From: the human T2T-CHM13v2.0 reference genome, Homo sapiens
Assembly (NCBI RefSeq): GCF_009914755.1
Contig: NC_060947.1
DNA length: 64,000 nt
Strand: one strand, 5' to 3'
Each line of letters starts with the position of its first letter. Within the stretch, counting starts at the first letter, position 1. The notes under the pieces are model-generated. The model was not told where the DNA came from, searched no databases, and was given only the letters and a program-made list of their open reading frames with translations. Below, piece by piece: positions 1 to 13,509 of this stretch. The position numbers and the translations under genes are program-made.

Positions 1-167
1 GGGTCCCAGGCAGCTTCAGGCCCTCTTGTTTGTCACACCTCTTGTGTTCTAGAACAACTTGGGGTGAGGGATGCACTCTTGACAAGGTGGAGACATAGGA
101 TATGGGCCACAGGGTCACGTAGCAGAGATTCAGATGCGGACCTCAAGAGACATAGAAGCAGGTGCCA

Positions 168-520
<353 letters not shown>

Positions 521-1337
521 CTAACGGTCACCAAGGCCTTCCTGGATTTAGCAAGGGGAGAAACTCCAGGTGGAGTCTGAAGTGAACTGATGTGGAGTCA
601 CTCACCAGGTACCCAGCACTTTCCACTAGCTGGGGCACTGGGCTGAGAGCACTCCCTCTATGCATGTCACCTGAGTAGTAACCCTAGTCACACACACCCA
701 CAAGAAAGGCCCACATTATCACTGTTACCATCTTCACTAAGGCTCATTGCAGGTGAGGTCACTTGCCCAAGGTTATGCAGCCAGTAGGTGACCATACAAC
801 AATCTGAATCCAATCAGGACAACCTGACTCCATTTCTGAGAGGTGTTCTGTTCCTCCTCTTCCCTGGAGCCCTGGACAATTGTCCCCATGGGGGAGGGGC
901 CCACTGATCAGAGAGGTTTGTCCTTGTAACCTTGGGACAGAGATTTATGCAGAGTAGCCCAGCCCCTACTTGTCCCCCATAGAAAGTGCACCCCCCCACC
1001 AGTGAGTCATGAGTGTGTTTTAATCTGAGCACCAAAGTCCAGCCTCCTCTTCTGATGGTAATTGACAGAGCTACCAGCAGGTGTTTTTTGTTTTGTTTTG
1101 TTTTAAAACCAAGACCTTATCACGAGTTCAGAGTTCCAAAGATCACTGTCTTTCCCTCCCCTCCCATCAGCCCCTGCCACCAGATGCCCACTCTGTGTGT
1201 GTTGTATGTGGGCATGAGGAATGGGCGCAAGAGTCACCTGCCCTTGTCTCCTTGCTTTCCTCTGCCCGCCTTCTCCCTCCTGCAATTTTGCTCTTTCTGC
1301 CCTCCCTGCCTAAAATGACCACCATTAAATTTGCTAA

Positions 1338-1775
<438 letters not shown>

Positions 1776-2194
1776 TGAATATTTCAAGAGATGGGGAGAT
1801 CATTACTTACCAGAGCTGAACTAGTGCCATCTGAATAGCCAAAATTTGTTCCTTGGAATATACTAAAACCTTCCATTTATCTGTTCCCCATCATTCATAC
1901 CACTTGCTTCCCCACCCCAATCACCTAGGCTAAATGTGACAGGAGTTTAGTACTTCACACGTTGACGACTTCCCTATACTTCACCCCCGCTTAATCGACC
2001 CTAGCTATTGCAGCTTTGCAGATGTGATGCGACTTCCAGATGTCCTCCCCATCCTGTTCACTCCCCTCTGGGCCTGCTTCAAGGTGGCTCTGTGGCACCT
2101 AGTGTGGCACCCAAACCAGCATCAGGTGCCAAGAGAAGGCTGCAAGCCGAGGGCTCCATAATTCTCTCACCTCCCCGTTCAGGAACTCCGCATC

Positions 2195-2385
2195 AGAGGC
2201 ACTTCAGCTGAGTGGTTAGTTGTGTGGGCCCTGGCCAAGACCAGACCTGCATTTAACGCTGGGCTCCACTGCTTACTAGCTGTGTGGGCAATTCACTTAA
2301 CTCCTCTGGGCCTCAGCTTCCTCCCTGGAAAATGGGGATAACAATAGTGCCTGACTTACCAGGTTGTTGTAAAGCCCACTGCCTG
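2195..2385 (+). mobile_element. MIR fragment
   Basis: cacttaactcctctgggcctcagcttcctc...aaaatggggataacaatagt MIR core. Confidence 0.75.
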
Positions 2386-2451
2386 CCATGAAGTATAATA
2401 ATTTTCAGCTAGATGTGGGGACTGGGGGGAATGGAAATAAGAATCTTTGGG

Positions 2452-2762
2452 GGCCGGGTGCAGTGGCTTACACCTGTAATTGCAGCACTTTGGGAGGTAG
2501 AGGCAGGAGGATCACTTGAGGCCAGGAGTTCAAGATCAGCCTGGACAACATAGGCAAAAAAAAAAAAAAAAAATTAGCCAGGAATGGTGGCACGTGCCTG
2601 TAGTCCCAACTACCCGGGAGGCTGAGGTGGGAGGATCATGAGCCCCAGGAGTTTGAAGCTGCAGCGAGCTGTGACCACACCACTGCATTCCAGCCTGGGC
2701 AACAGAGGGAGACCCTGTCTCAAATTAATTAATTAATTAATTAATTAATTAATTAATTAAAA
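2452..2762 (+). mobile_element. Alu (J-type) with (TTAA)n tail
   Basis: Alu body with J-like features; TSD aagaatcttt on both sides. Confidence 0.9.
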
Positions 2763-2939
2763 CTTAAAGAATCTTTTGGGAGGTTTTTCCAGATATAAGT
2801 ATCTCTCACTATCCAAACTCTTACTATCTCAAATTAGAAATATATCCATTCAGAGAGTGAGAGATGCTTTTGTACATGGTCTGGATCTTACCTGCCCCAA
2901 ATATCCCACTCATGATCATCTACTAAATAAGAATTTCTT

Positions 2940-3248
<309 letters not shown>

Positions 3249-3375
3249 TACTTGGAGTGTGCTGGTGTGGGAGCTGCTTTATCTGAATGTGGCCTACGAT
3301 GACCTTTGTGTCTTTGGTAGTCCTACATCCACCCTCTGAGGGTTCAGGTTGATTTCACTATCAGTGGAACCCCAA

Positions 3376-3406
3376 AACACACACACACACACACACACAT
3401 ACACAC
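3376..3406. repeat. (AC)n microsatellite
   Basis: Visible dinucleotide run with one interruption. Confidence 0.95.
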
Positions 3407-4759
3407 CCTGCAATCCTGCAGTATTGGCGCTAAATCAAGGTTCTTCTGCCCCAAATCTATACTTCTGGATACGTCTTTATATTAAACTACTCGCCTCCAG
3501 GGGTTGTGGTGGGATTAAACATCTGTCAAGTGCTTAATGTAGTGCTTGGTAAAGAACAAGTGCTGGGTAAATGTAAGCTTGCCACTCCACCTAGGATGTC
3601 AGCTCCCAGGTACAAGGGGCCCTGATGGCTATTTATTTTGTACCTCCTCCCGAGGCCTAGCACAAGGCTGTGCCCACAGCAAGTTCCTAGGTTCTGCCTG
3701 CCGGCCCATTATCAAGTTTAAGGTGACCTTGTTCCCTGAACTACTGACTCGTATCACTTCCTTAGCTGAGAGCTCTGCGTACCTCAAACAACATAACCTG
3801 TAAAATGCAAATATGTTACCCAGAAGGGAAAATCTATTAAACACATGTTTAAGGGTCATTAGCCAGCAAGGACCTGGCCTATTGGGATTCAGCCAGGGCA
3901 ATCTGTTGGAAGAGAAAAGCTGGGGGAAGGCAAGTCCCGATGGGGGGTCCTGGACACCCCGCCTCCACTGGCCCCGGTCCCCAGGTGGCGGGGAGGAGGT
4001 GTTCCTGAACAGAGGAGACAGATCTGAAAAGGAGAACGAAGGAAGCCGTTGAAAACACTTGCTCCCTTCTGTCCTGGGAGCTGGTCACCTCTCCATATTT
4101 CTCTCCAAGGCACCCTCACCTCCCTCTCGCTGCCTTTTCCCAAGCCTCGCCAGCCCTGTGCCCTGGTTTGCTGGCCGCCTTTGAAGGTTCTGCGGTTAGT
4201 GTGTGATCTTCTGTCGCTGCCGGCGCTGAGCAAACAGGAAGCGGGCACATCCTGCGAGGCGGCCAGGGACGCAGCCGCTGCGCAGGCCCGGAAGATTCTG
4301 CGACCTGCTTCCTCCCTCACGGCTCTGGCTCCAGGTGCCCCAGGCCACTACAGCGGCGTCCCCAATCCCAGAACCCTCTGGGGCTGCCCTCCTGCTCCTG
4401 GTCACGCAGAGCCCCAAAGGCCCGATGGGTCCCCTACACGGCTGCCAGGCTACTGTATATGCCGAAAAGCCTTAACCAGTTACCGCGCTTGCTAGTGACC
4501 CTGGGCCGCCTGGGAGGGACTTTCAGGGTGGAAAACACAGGCCAGTGGGAAGGAGATCTGGGGTGTGGAATCTTTTCATGAGTCTGCCTGGCCGACTGAG
4601 TAGGCCAAAGAATGTATGGTTTCAGCTTAGGGAAGAAAGATCTTATCTTCCCTGAGCTCACCCTGAAGGTTGGATGGTCAGAGGGCATAAAGCAGAATCG
4701 GAGAGGAAGTCACGAGAACATCTTGGGAACAGGGGTGGACAAGCCTAGTATTTCACAAG

Positions 4760-5610
<851 letters not shown>

Positions 5611-5904
5611 ATCTGTTTTCTGAGCAGTATGATTTTTGTAAAAAGAAAAAAAATGTTTATAGACAGAGAGTAGATAGATGCTTAAAACAGTGTAGAGGAC
5701 AATGATGGGAAATTTTGAAATTTTTTTTGTTTATGTGTTTGTGAAATTGTATGACAAATACAAGTTGCTTTTGTAATACCAAGAAGTTATTAAAGTTATT
5801 AAAATCTGCCACAGACAACCCACAAATTGAATATACTGCATAGGTGTTTGATAAATGCCTGTTGGATACTTGCTAGAGGTGTGGAGTTGGCTGTAAGTGC
5901 TTTT

Positions 5905-6390
5905 CAGCTGTGGTGGTGATAAATATACTCATGATGGCTGAGGGGTACTGACTGGAGGGGTGACTGCTCTAGTGATGATGGCTTTAGGTGTACTGATGGC
6001 TGTAGGAGTGATGGCTGCAGGGCTGATGGCTGCACGGATGTGATGATGGTTGTAGGAGAGATGACTGTAGGGACGATGGTTATAGGGGTGAGAGGGTCAT
6101 GAGTGCGGTTGGCTGTAATGTCCAGAAGGGTGACAGCTGTAAGGATGATGGCTGGAAGGGTGATAGCAGCAATGGTGATGACTGTAGAGGTGATGGCTGA
6201 AGGATGTCAACTGTAGAGGTGATTACCATAGTGACAATGGCTATAGGTGTGCTGATGGCAGCGGGGATGGCTGCAGGCCTGATGGCTGTAGGGGTGATGG
6301 CTGTATGGTGATGGCTATTGATAGGAGTGATGGTAGCAGTGGTGATGGTCACAGGGGTGATGGTAGTGGTAGTGATGGCAGTGACGACCT
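5905..6390. repeat. Degenerate tandem repeat, unit about 15 nt (GGGGTGATGGCTGTA-like)
   Basis: Many diverged copies of tgatggct(g)/gtgatgg. Confidence 0.85.
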
Positions 6391-6629
6391 TGAAGACGTG
6401 AGTTGACCGGGAGCATTGATCCAACAGGCAGCCAGATGGTCCAACTTCTGGTTTCTGGATTCTGGTCAGTGAGATAAAGGGCTTGGGTACGCCATATAAT
6501 GTCGAGCTGATTGTCCACCTCTAGGAAGATGGAGCAGAAGGACTGATGATGATCGACATGAGACAACAAGGTAGGGACTTTCTCTGACTGTTCAACCCAA
6601 GAGCCGTCTGCATCAGAATCTCTGGAGAC

Positions 6630-6892
6630 TGAAGCTTGGACTTCCTTCCTCCCTAGGGGCCGGCAGGGGCTGCGATTGCTGTAAGAGTAGGTCACGTGGC
6701 AGGGCTTCCTGTATGCTGCTGCTGCCGGGTGTCCATGGCCCGCACCCCCAAGCTGCCACTGCAGCAGTCAGAGTGGCAGCTGAAGGCTCGGTTCATGCCG
6801 TGCCCCCGGGCAGTTCTGGTGAGGCTAAGCAAGAGGCCTCTGCATCTTGACACCTAGGAGAGCAGGGACGGAGTCTCCCAGGGTGGAGGACC
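6630..6892 (+). promoter_or_regulatory. SASH3 proximal promoter/5'UTR (TATA-less; E-box and ETS motifs)
   Basis: GTCACGTGG E-box (CACGTG 6693-6698), ETS core CTTCCTGT 6705-6712, ACTTCCTTCC near 6640, locally raised CpG just upstream of the ATG. The TSS cannot be determined from sequence. Confidence 0.6.
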
Positions 6893-6949
6893 ATGCTGCG
6901 CCGCAAGCCCTCCAATGCCAGTGAGAAGGAGCCCACTCAGAAGAAAAAG
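6893..6949 (+). CDS. SASH3: SASH3 coding exon 1 (MLRRKPSNASEKEPTQKKK)
   Basis: ggaccATGc start with A at -3 and an upstream in-frame TGA at 6848. 57 nt, donor AAG|gtgagg. Matches the SASH3/SLY1 N-terminus as I recall it. Confidence 0.97.
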
Positions 6950-9900
6950 GTGAGGAGCATTTTGGGAACTCACATCTTCCTTTCCTCTGCTTGCTCGACC
7001 CATCCCTTCCAAGACTCTTGGAAGTGGGAAGAGCCAAAGGCCATATGTTGAGTCTGTAGGTGAGGGCCACTCACCTAGAAGGCAACGGGACAGGGACCCA
7101 AAGGTTAACAGAAGTACAGAAGAGATGTTTAAAATTCTGGAGCAACAGAGTTACAGAATAGATCCTTAGAAATCTAGAGTCATGCAATTCAACCCTAGAA
7201 GAATGGGAAAAAAGATCTAAAATTAGGGGCCAGAATCTTAGACTAGAATTTGAGAATAACAAAATACAATGCTTAAGCTGAACCCTAAGCTTGTACTTAA
7301 CTATCTCTCCTCTACGCTGGTCCTGCCGCCACTTCTGCCCCGGCCACGGCCTCTCAGGAGCCATCTCACTCAAAGGGCCCTGCTGGGCTGCCCAGCTTGG
7401 AGCCATGATGCTCACAGGACTGCCACCCCCTCCTCCACTTTGGCCATGGCCCAGACCCTGCCCACTTGGCTCAGCTCTGTGGTAGCTCCCAGGCCCTACC
7501 CGAGATGGAGCCAACCTGGAGATGGGGGCCTGAGGCCATTCCAGTCTTGGGGGAAAAGGCATCCGGAAGTGCAGTGGGATGCAGGGGGCATACAGGTTCT
7601 TCCTGGGTGGGGAATGAGAAATTAAGTTGAGGTGGTGAGTAGGAGTGAAGGCTGAGGAGGGAGGATTTTAAAGGCCAGGAGGAAAAACAGCTGTCATGGA
7701 TGGCTGAGGTGTTCATCCCCCTGGGGCAGAGACCGGACTGGAAGAATCCTTGAAGGCTGTGCCAGATCTAGGATTTTGTGGTTGAATTTGAGGATTTCCA
7801 GATTTCTTTGGTTGGGTTTGAGGATTTCTAGACCTAATTCTTTAATTCAATTGAAGGATTCTCCCAGACAATCAGCAAGTATATCCTACACATCCAATGG
7901 GATGCTAGGACAGTCCCAAAGCAGGCCTGAACTAGGTCCAAGAGGCCCAGGCTATCCCCCGCCAATTTTCCCTGGAACTCAGCCCAGGTGCCCTATGGTG
8001 GATCCCCCTTGTCAGGGGAGTAGCTCAGAGATGGAGGCCAAGGCAGCTGAAAGACTGAGACTCGGGGCAGTGGGGTGTGCATCCTGCCCCAGCTCTCAGG
8101 TCCTGGGGTGGCTGCCACTTCCGGCTGTATTCTCCCCACCCCAGCTGCTTCTCTAAGGTTGCAGTGGTGGTGGGCGGGGGAGGGGGGAGGTTCATGAATC
8201 TTCACACGGGCTCTGTCATCCCCGTCCAAACCCTGCAGGGTGCTAGGCCCAGCAGGCCTGCCATTGGCTGCCACTCCTAAGAGAGCAGGGCCACTTCCCC
8301 TTGCTCTCTGGCTGGTGGGGGTGGGAAACAGAGATTGCTCTATAGACACTGCTAGGCCTCAAACCACAGGGGCGCTGAGCTGGAGGAAAGTGTGAGAAAG
8401 AGCTGACACTTTGACACTGGGACCCTGTGCCACATCAGGAAGACGTACCTAGGGGCACACAGAAGCCAGAAGTCCCCTTTTTCTTTCCCAGCTTCAATTA
8501 CCCAGATTCTGTGTTCGGCAGGCAAGTGGGCCCCTGGGATTTCCCCAGGTCTCTCCCAGGAGAAGGGGTCCTTTCGGGGAGAGTAGTCCAGGCAAACCCC
8601 ACCCCAACCCCTGCCAGAGCCGGTGCCAGCCTCCAGAGCTGGGATGAGCTTGCCTCCACACACTCTGCTAGCCCCAGACTATGGAAATGTCCCCCAGAAG
8701 CCAAGCTTCCAGAAGGTACAGAGCATCTTCCCCAGGCCCAGAGGCAGCGGGCTGGCTGAATCACTGCTAGTCCCTTCTTCTCAGAGGCTGAGATGACGTG
8801 GTGGAGAGGAAAGCACAAAGGCAAGAGAGGCCTCTTTCTCCTGCCCCTGCTTCTCCTCTTGGGCCTGCCAATGGAGAATGTGCCAGACAGGGGGCAAGAA
8901 AGCTGAGCTGGAATCCTACCACGCTCTAGCTGTAGGACCTTGGACAGCTCATTGACTTTCTTTGGGCCTCAGTTTCCTCGCCTCTGAAAAGGAGGATAAC
9001 TCCTAATCTGCCCCCCTCAAGAGGTTGTACAGATCACCCAAAAGAATAGATGTGAGAGTACCCTGTCACAAGTGTGCACGTGCATACCACACAAGGGGGT
9101 GCCTGCTGTAGGCATGGGTGGGGATAGGGAGACACTGCAAAGAAGAATGAGCCATGCCCCCAGTGCTGGCACAGAGAACACAAGACTTAATAGTACTAAG
9201 AGCCACCACAGAGTGAGAGCTCATGGGATGCCAGGCACGGTGCTGTGCATCTCTTACCTTGTTCACTCCCCACGACAACCTGGTGAGGTAGGGGCAGATA
9301 TTGTCATTATCCCTATTTGACACTTGAGGCTCACAGAGGTGAAGCAACTTGCTGAAGGTCACACAGCTGGGAAGCTGCCGAGCAGGGATCCAAGCCAAGA
9401 TTTGTCTGACTCCAGAATCTTGACCCCTTCTCTCTCCACTCTCTTGTCCCCTTGTTGATCTCAAAGGCGCTAGAAGAGTCTGATGAGCATAAAAGATTCA
9501 ACCCATCAGCAGGAGAGCTCCGTGGGGCAGACCCAGATAGCTGTGGAATGAGTGACCTTCCAGCCAGCAGAGCAGAGGAGGGTGCGGGCCCTCTAGAATG
9601 GTAGGGCTAGGACATGGCGCCTCCCATGGATCGTGAAGGATTGGAGAGGCCCCAGGGTTGGGAGACAGACCTCTTAGCTGCCCTTTGGAGACTTTCACTT
9701 CCTTCAAGTTCTTGCTCTGCAAGCCCTTTGATCTGATTTCACCCAAAGGCCAGTGTTGGGGTATAGGAAGTGGAGAGGGATTTTTCCTGGACTTGGTTCC
9801 CCTAAGGATGCTCCTACTCTACCACATCCCCACTTTCTCCATGGCTCCCTTCCTACAGCACACCTCTAGTATGACCCCCACACCCTGCCAGCATGCACTT

Positions 9901-10729
9901 TGTATTTTCAGTGGCTCCTCACTGCCCACAGGATACATGCCCTTGGCCTGGCGGGCAAGAGCCTTCCATAGCCTTTTCTACTCCCCCACCCACCATCCCA
10001 TCATCAGGCTCTCAACGTCTCTAACTTTCATTCTTGTTCAAACCCTTCCGAGCTCCACCTGGAGAAATCCTGCCTCCCCTGCATGGCCCAGCTCAGATAT
10101 ACCTCCTCCACAAAGCCCCGCCAGAGCCCTTCCCCCTCTGCACTCCCACCTGCTTTCCTAGGAGCTCTGTTCAAAAACCACCTGCATGCCATCACCACTA
10201 CACTCAATCCACTGCTAACTTCTACACTGGTGGGGCGGGGCAACAGCATGAGCTCTGAGGTAGCACGAGCACAGCAACATACTTGGGTTTCCAGAGTCAT
10301 AGACCTGGGTTTGGAGGCTTGCTCTTCCTAAGACCAGCTGCGCCACCCTGCCTAGGGCACTTCATTTCGCATCTTGGTCTCCTCTGCTTCGAGGTGCGAA
10401 TATGATGCGGGGCTGCGATGAGGCTGGAGTGAGCTGGCACACAGGAAGTGCTTGGCAGGACACGGGCATGCGGGAGGAGTTTAGACCCTCATTGCTGGAT
10501 TCTCACACACACAGAGGTAGGGCCTAGAGCTCACAGGGTGCTCAGTATATGCCTGATACCCTGAAGGAGCAGAGGGGGTAGCTCAGGAGACCACTGGGGA
10601 AAGCCAAGTTTGCTCAGGAAGTAAGGGAAGAGGATGCTGGCTGGGGCAGTGTGGACCTCTGAGAGATTGATCAGGGCATGGTTTCTGCATGGATGCTGCC
10701 TTTTAAGCTGGAATTGAAAAATCTTTCCA

Positions 10730-11160
10730 TAGAAGTATAATATCCATACAGAGAAGTGGATAAATCATAATTGCGCCACCGAATGAGTTTCTATAATGTG
10801 AACATCCCCATGTAGACAGCACTTAGATCAAGAAACAACACTCTCAGAAGTCTAGAAGCTTCCCTCATGCCCCTGCCAGTTACTACACCCCCCCCTTCCC
10901 CCAGGGCAACCGCTATCCTGACTTCCAACAGCACAGGTGAGCTCTGCCAGGCTTTGAACTTACAGGGGGAACCATATCGTGTATATATACTCTTTGGTGG
11001 CCAGCCCCTTTACTCAACCATATGTTTGTGACACTCATCCATACTGTTGGGAACAGTTGTACTGTCTCCTACCTGGGTACTATTCTTTTGTGTGACTCTG
11101 CCACAATTAATTTATCCATTCTACAGATGATGGGCATTTGCGGGTTTTCCACTTAAATTG
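10730..11160 (-). mobile_element. Old L1M (ME/MC-like) 3' fragment
   Basis: gaagtataatatccatacagagaagtg...ttatccattctacagatgatgggcatttg pattern. Confidence 0.6.
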
Positions 11161-11694
11161 GAAGGGTGAGAAACTACGGCTGACAGAGAGAAGGGCAGAG
11201 TATTCCAGGTGGGGAAATGCCCAGGGTAAGAGGCTGGAGGTGGGGTGTAGGAAAGAGTAAGCATAAACCTACATTCCACAAGGGACTGCCGTGTCAGACA
11301 ACGTTCCAAGCACTGTAGGCGTACTCGCTCATTTCATCCTCACAACAGCCAGATGAGGTCGGTGCTTTTGTCTTCATTCCACTAATGAGGAAACAGAAAC
11401 CTAGAGAAGTTAAGAAACATACCCAGTTTACACAATCAGTGGCAGAACCAAGATGGGAACACTTGCCCTGATGTGAAGTGGGCTTCAGAGAGGTTCGATA
11501 ACTTGCCGGAGGTCACAAATCCAGAGTTGAACTTCTGAGAAAGCTTCCCTCATGCCCCTGCCTGTCACTACATGCCCCCTTTCTCCCACAGTAACCACTA
11601 TCCTGACTTACAATAGCATAGGTGAGTTCTGCCAGGCTTTGAACTATAATTATACAGGGGGAACCATATGGTGTATATATACTCTTTGGTGGCC

Positions 11695-11928
11695 CTACAT
11701 TTCAAATGTATTGTATATTACATTTGAAATATATATTGAAATATATATTGTTGAGTATACTCAATGTATATTTCAAATGTAATATACAATACAATACATA
11801 TATACAATACAATACATATATACTCAACAATATATATTTCAATATATATTTCAAATGTAATATACAATACATATATACTCAACAATATATTTAGTATATT
11901 TCAAATGTAATATACATTTGAAATGTAG
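11695..11928. repeat. AT-rich palindromic (fold-back) repeat
   Basis: 11706-11759 is the exact reverse complement of 11819-11872; 16-bp terminal inverted repeats. Confidence 0.95.
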
Positions 11929-13509
11929 CTCTTTCCAAGAGGCCCACACATTCCCCTGAGCCATGAAGTGAAAAGGGGGCCAACAGTGTATGGTACCACC
12001 TCCCCCGTCAGGCACGACTCCCAGGAAGTCCTCACTCCAAAGGGAAGCCAGCAGAAAAGCCAGCCAGGCTCAAGAATTTCAACTCAACCCTGAATGGGGG
12101 TCACCTCTCTCTGAAAGGCGGTCAAGATACTTGGGGCTGTCCCTGAGGTTGGAGGTAGGCTTGGCAAAATGCCACCCTGGAGGGCCCTGAAACTCGATCA
12201 CCCAAAGAACATGTGTTTGTCCTTTCCATCTCCCTGGGCTGAGAGTAGCCAACTGGGCCCAAGACCCAGCACCATCTCTATAGTCCTTTGTGATTATCTC
12301 CTCCCACTTTGGACTAAAACTGAGACAGAGGGACCCTCGCACAAGGGTCTGGGAGCCAAAGGCCTTTCCTCCCAGCCCCCAGACTGCAGATTAATGACAG
12401 GAAAAGGCCTTGGGAAAGAGCTGCAATTAGAGGGCAGGCAGGCAGTGAATTTACTCTTCCCCAACAAAGCCGACTTCCGGCCCCATGCCTGCCCTCCTGC
12501 TTGCTTTCCAGCCTCACCAGTCCCCAGGGTTTCAGGGGCGACTCTTAGCCTCCTGGTCTGCAGATCAGGCTGAGGGTTGGTGGAGAGAAGGCCACAATAG
12601 GCCCCATCGGCCTATAAATAGCAGCCCAGCCTGCCCTCCTTGGGCCCAGGCCAGCCCGATGCCCACCCTCTCTCCGTTCCCTCTTTTCCATGCAATAAGA
12701 GGAGGAAGTTATCCAGGCAGCTGCATCCTAGCCATACAAGAGGAGGAAATAAATGGAAGGTGGAGGAGAGAAGGGGAAAGAAAGGGAGAAAAAGAGGAAA
12801 GAATAGTGGGAGGGGACAACCAAGAAAGGAAGATGGAGGAGATGCAGGTGAACCAGAGTGGTCACCCTGTGGTCATGCTTCCCCTCCCCCACACCCACCT
12901 ATGGCCCCCTTTTCAGCTCCCCAGGGCAACACAGAGGAGGCTTTCTGACAGAGGCTGCAGGCACCCCACCCATCAGGCCCCAATCGTGCTAGCGTCTGCT
13001 TGGCCTGACCACTGACCTAGTTTCTCATCAACTACCTTGCTGTGACTTTTAGGAATGTGTGACCCCTGACCCCCAATTGCTGACTTGGCTTTGGTCAAGA
13101 CCCATCAAGAGTACTAAACTGCTACACTGCAGTCCCCAGGAGTTGGGGCCAATTATTTGTGTGTGTGTTGGTGGGGGACAGGTGATATTGCCCCTGCCCT
13201 GGGAGTTTGTCACTGGACACACACAACCCCTTTAGTAGGAAAGAGGATGTGAAACCTTCAACGTTGTGTGGGTTTGGGGCTTCAGTTCCTCAAGCCCTTA
13301 TCTCGGGTGTCTGCAGTCTATCCCACTCTATCTGTCTGGCCATCTGTGAACCCTGGTTCCTGTGTGTATCTTCTGGTCTTGACTGTTTATCTTGATACAG
13401 GCTCAGCCTTAACTTCTTGTGTCGAGGGCCTGTCCCCCTTACCTGCCTTGCCCTGGTTTCTGGCTGCTACCTTGCATGTGCATGCATATATATTTAAGAA
13501 AGCTCACTA

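Noticed and set aside
3889-4495. 143-aa and 148-aa ORFs in the CpG-rich patch
   Set aside because: Non-ATG starts, GC-driven composition and no homology I can recognise; kept only as a regulatory candidate.
6080-6424. Thr/Ile/Pro-rich mucin-like ORF on the minus strand
   Set aside because: By-product of the degenerate GTGATGG tandem repeat; no splice or promoter support.
7770-7835. Two imperfect copies of a unit of about 30 bp (tggttg..tttgaggatttc.ag), with a hint of inverted similarity to 7150-7260
   Set aside because: Short and degenerate; I could not build a convincing alignment.
8360-8380. CTCF-like CCACAGGGGCGCT
   Set aside because: One base short of the core spacing; cannot be supported without a PWM scan or ChIP data.
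11706-11894. Tyr/Ile/Asn-rich ORF, and possible MITE or CRISPR-like array
   Set aside because: Low-complexity AT palindrome. There are no unique spacers, no cas genes and no clear TSD, and the context is eukaryotic.
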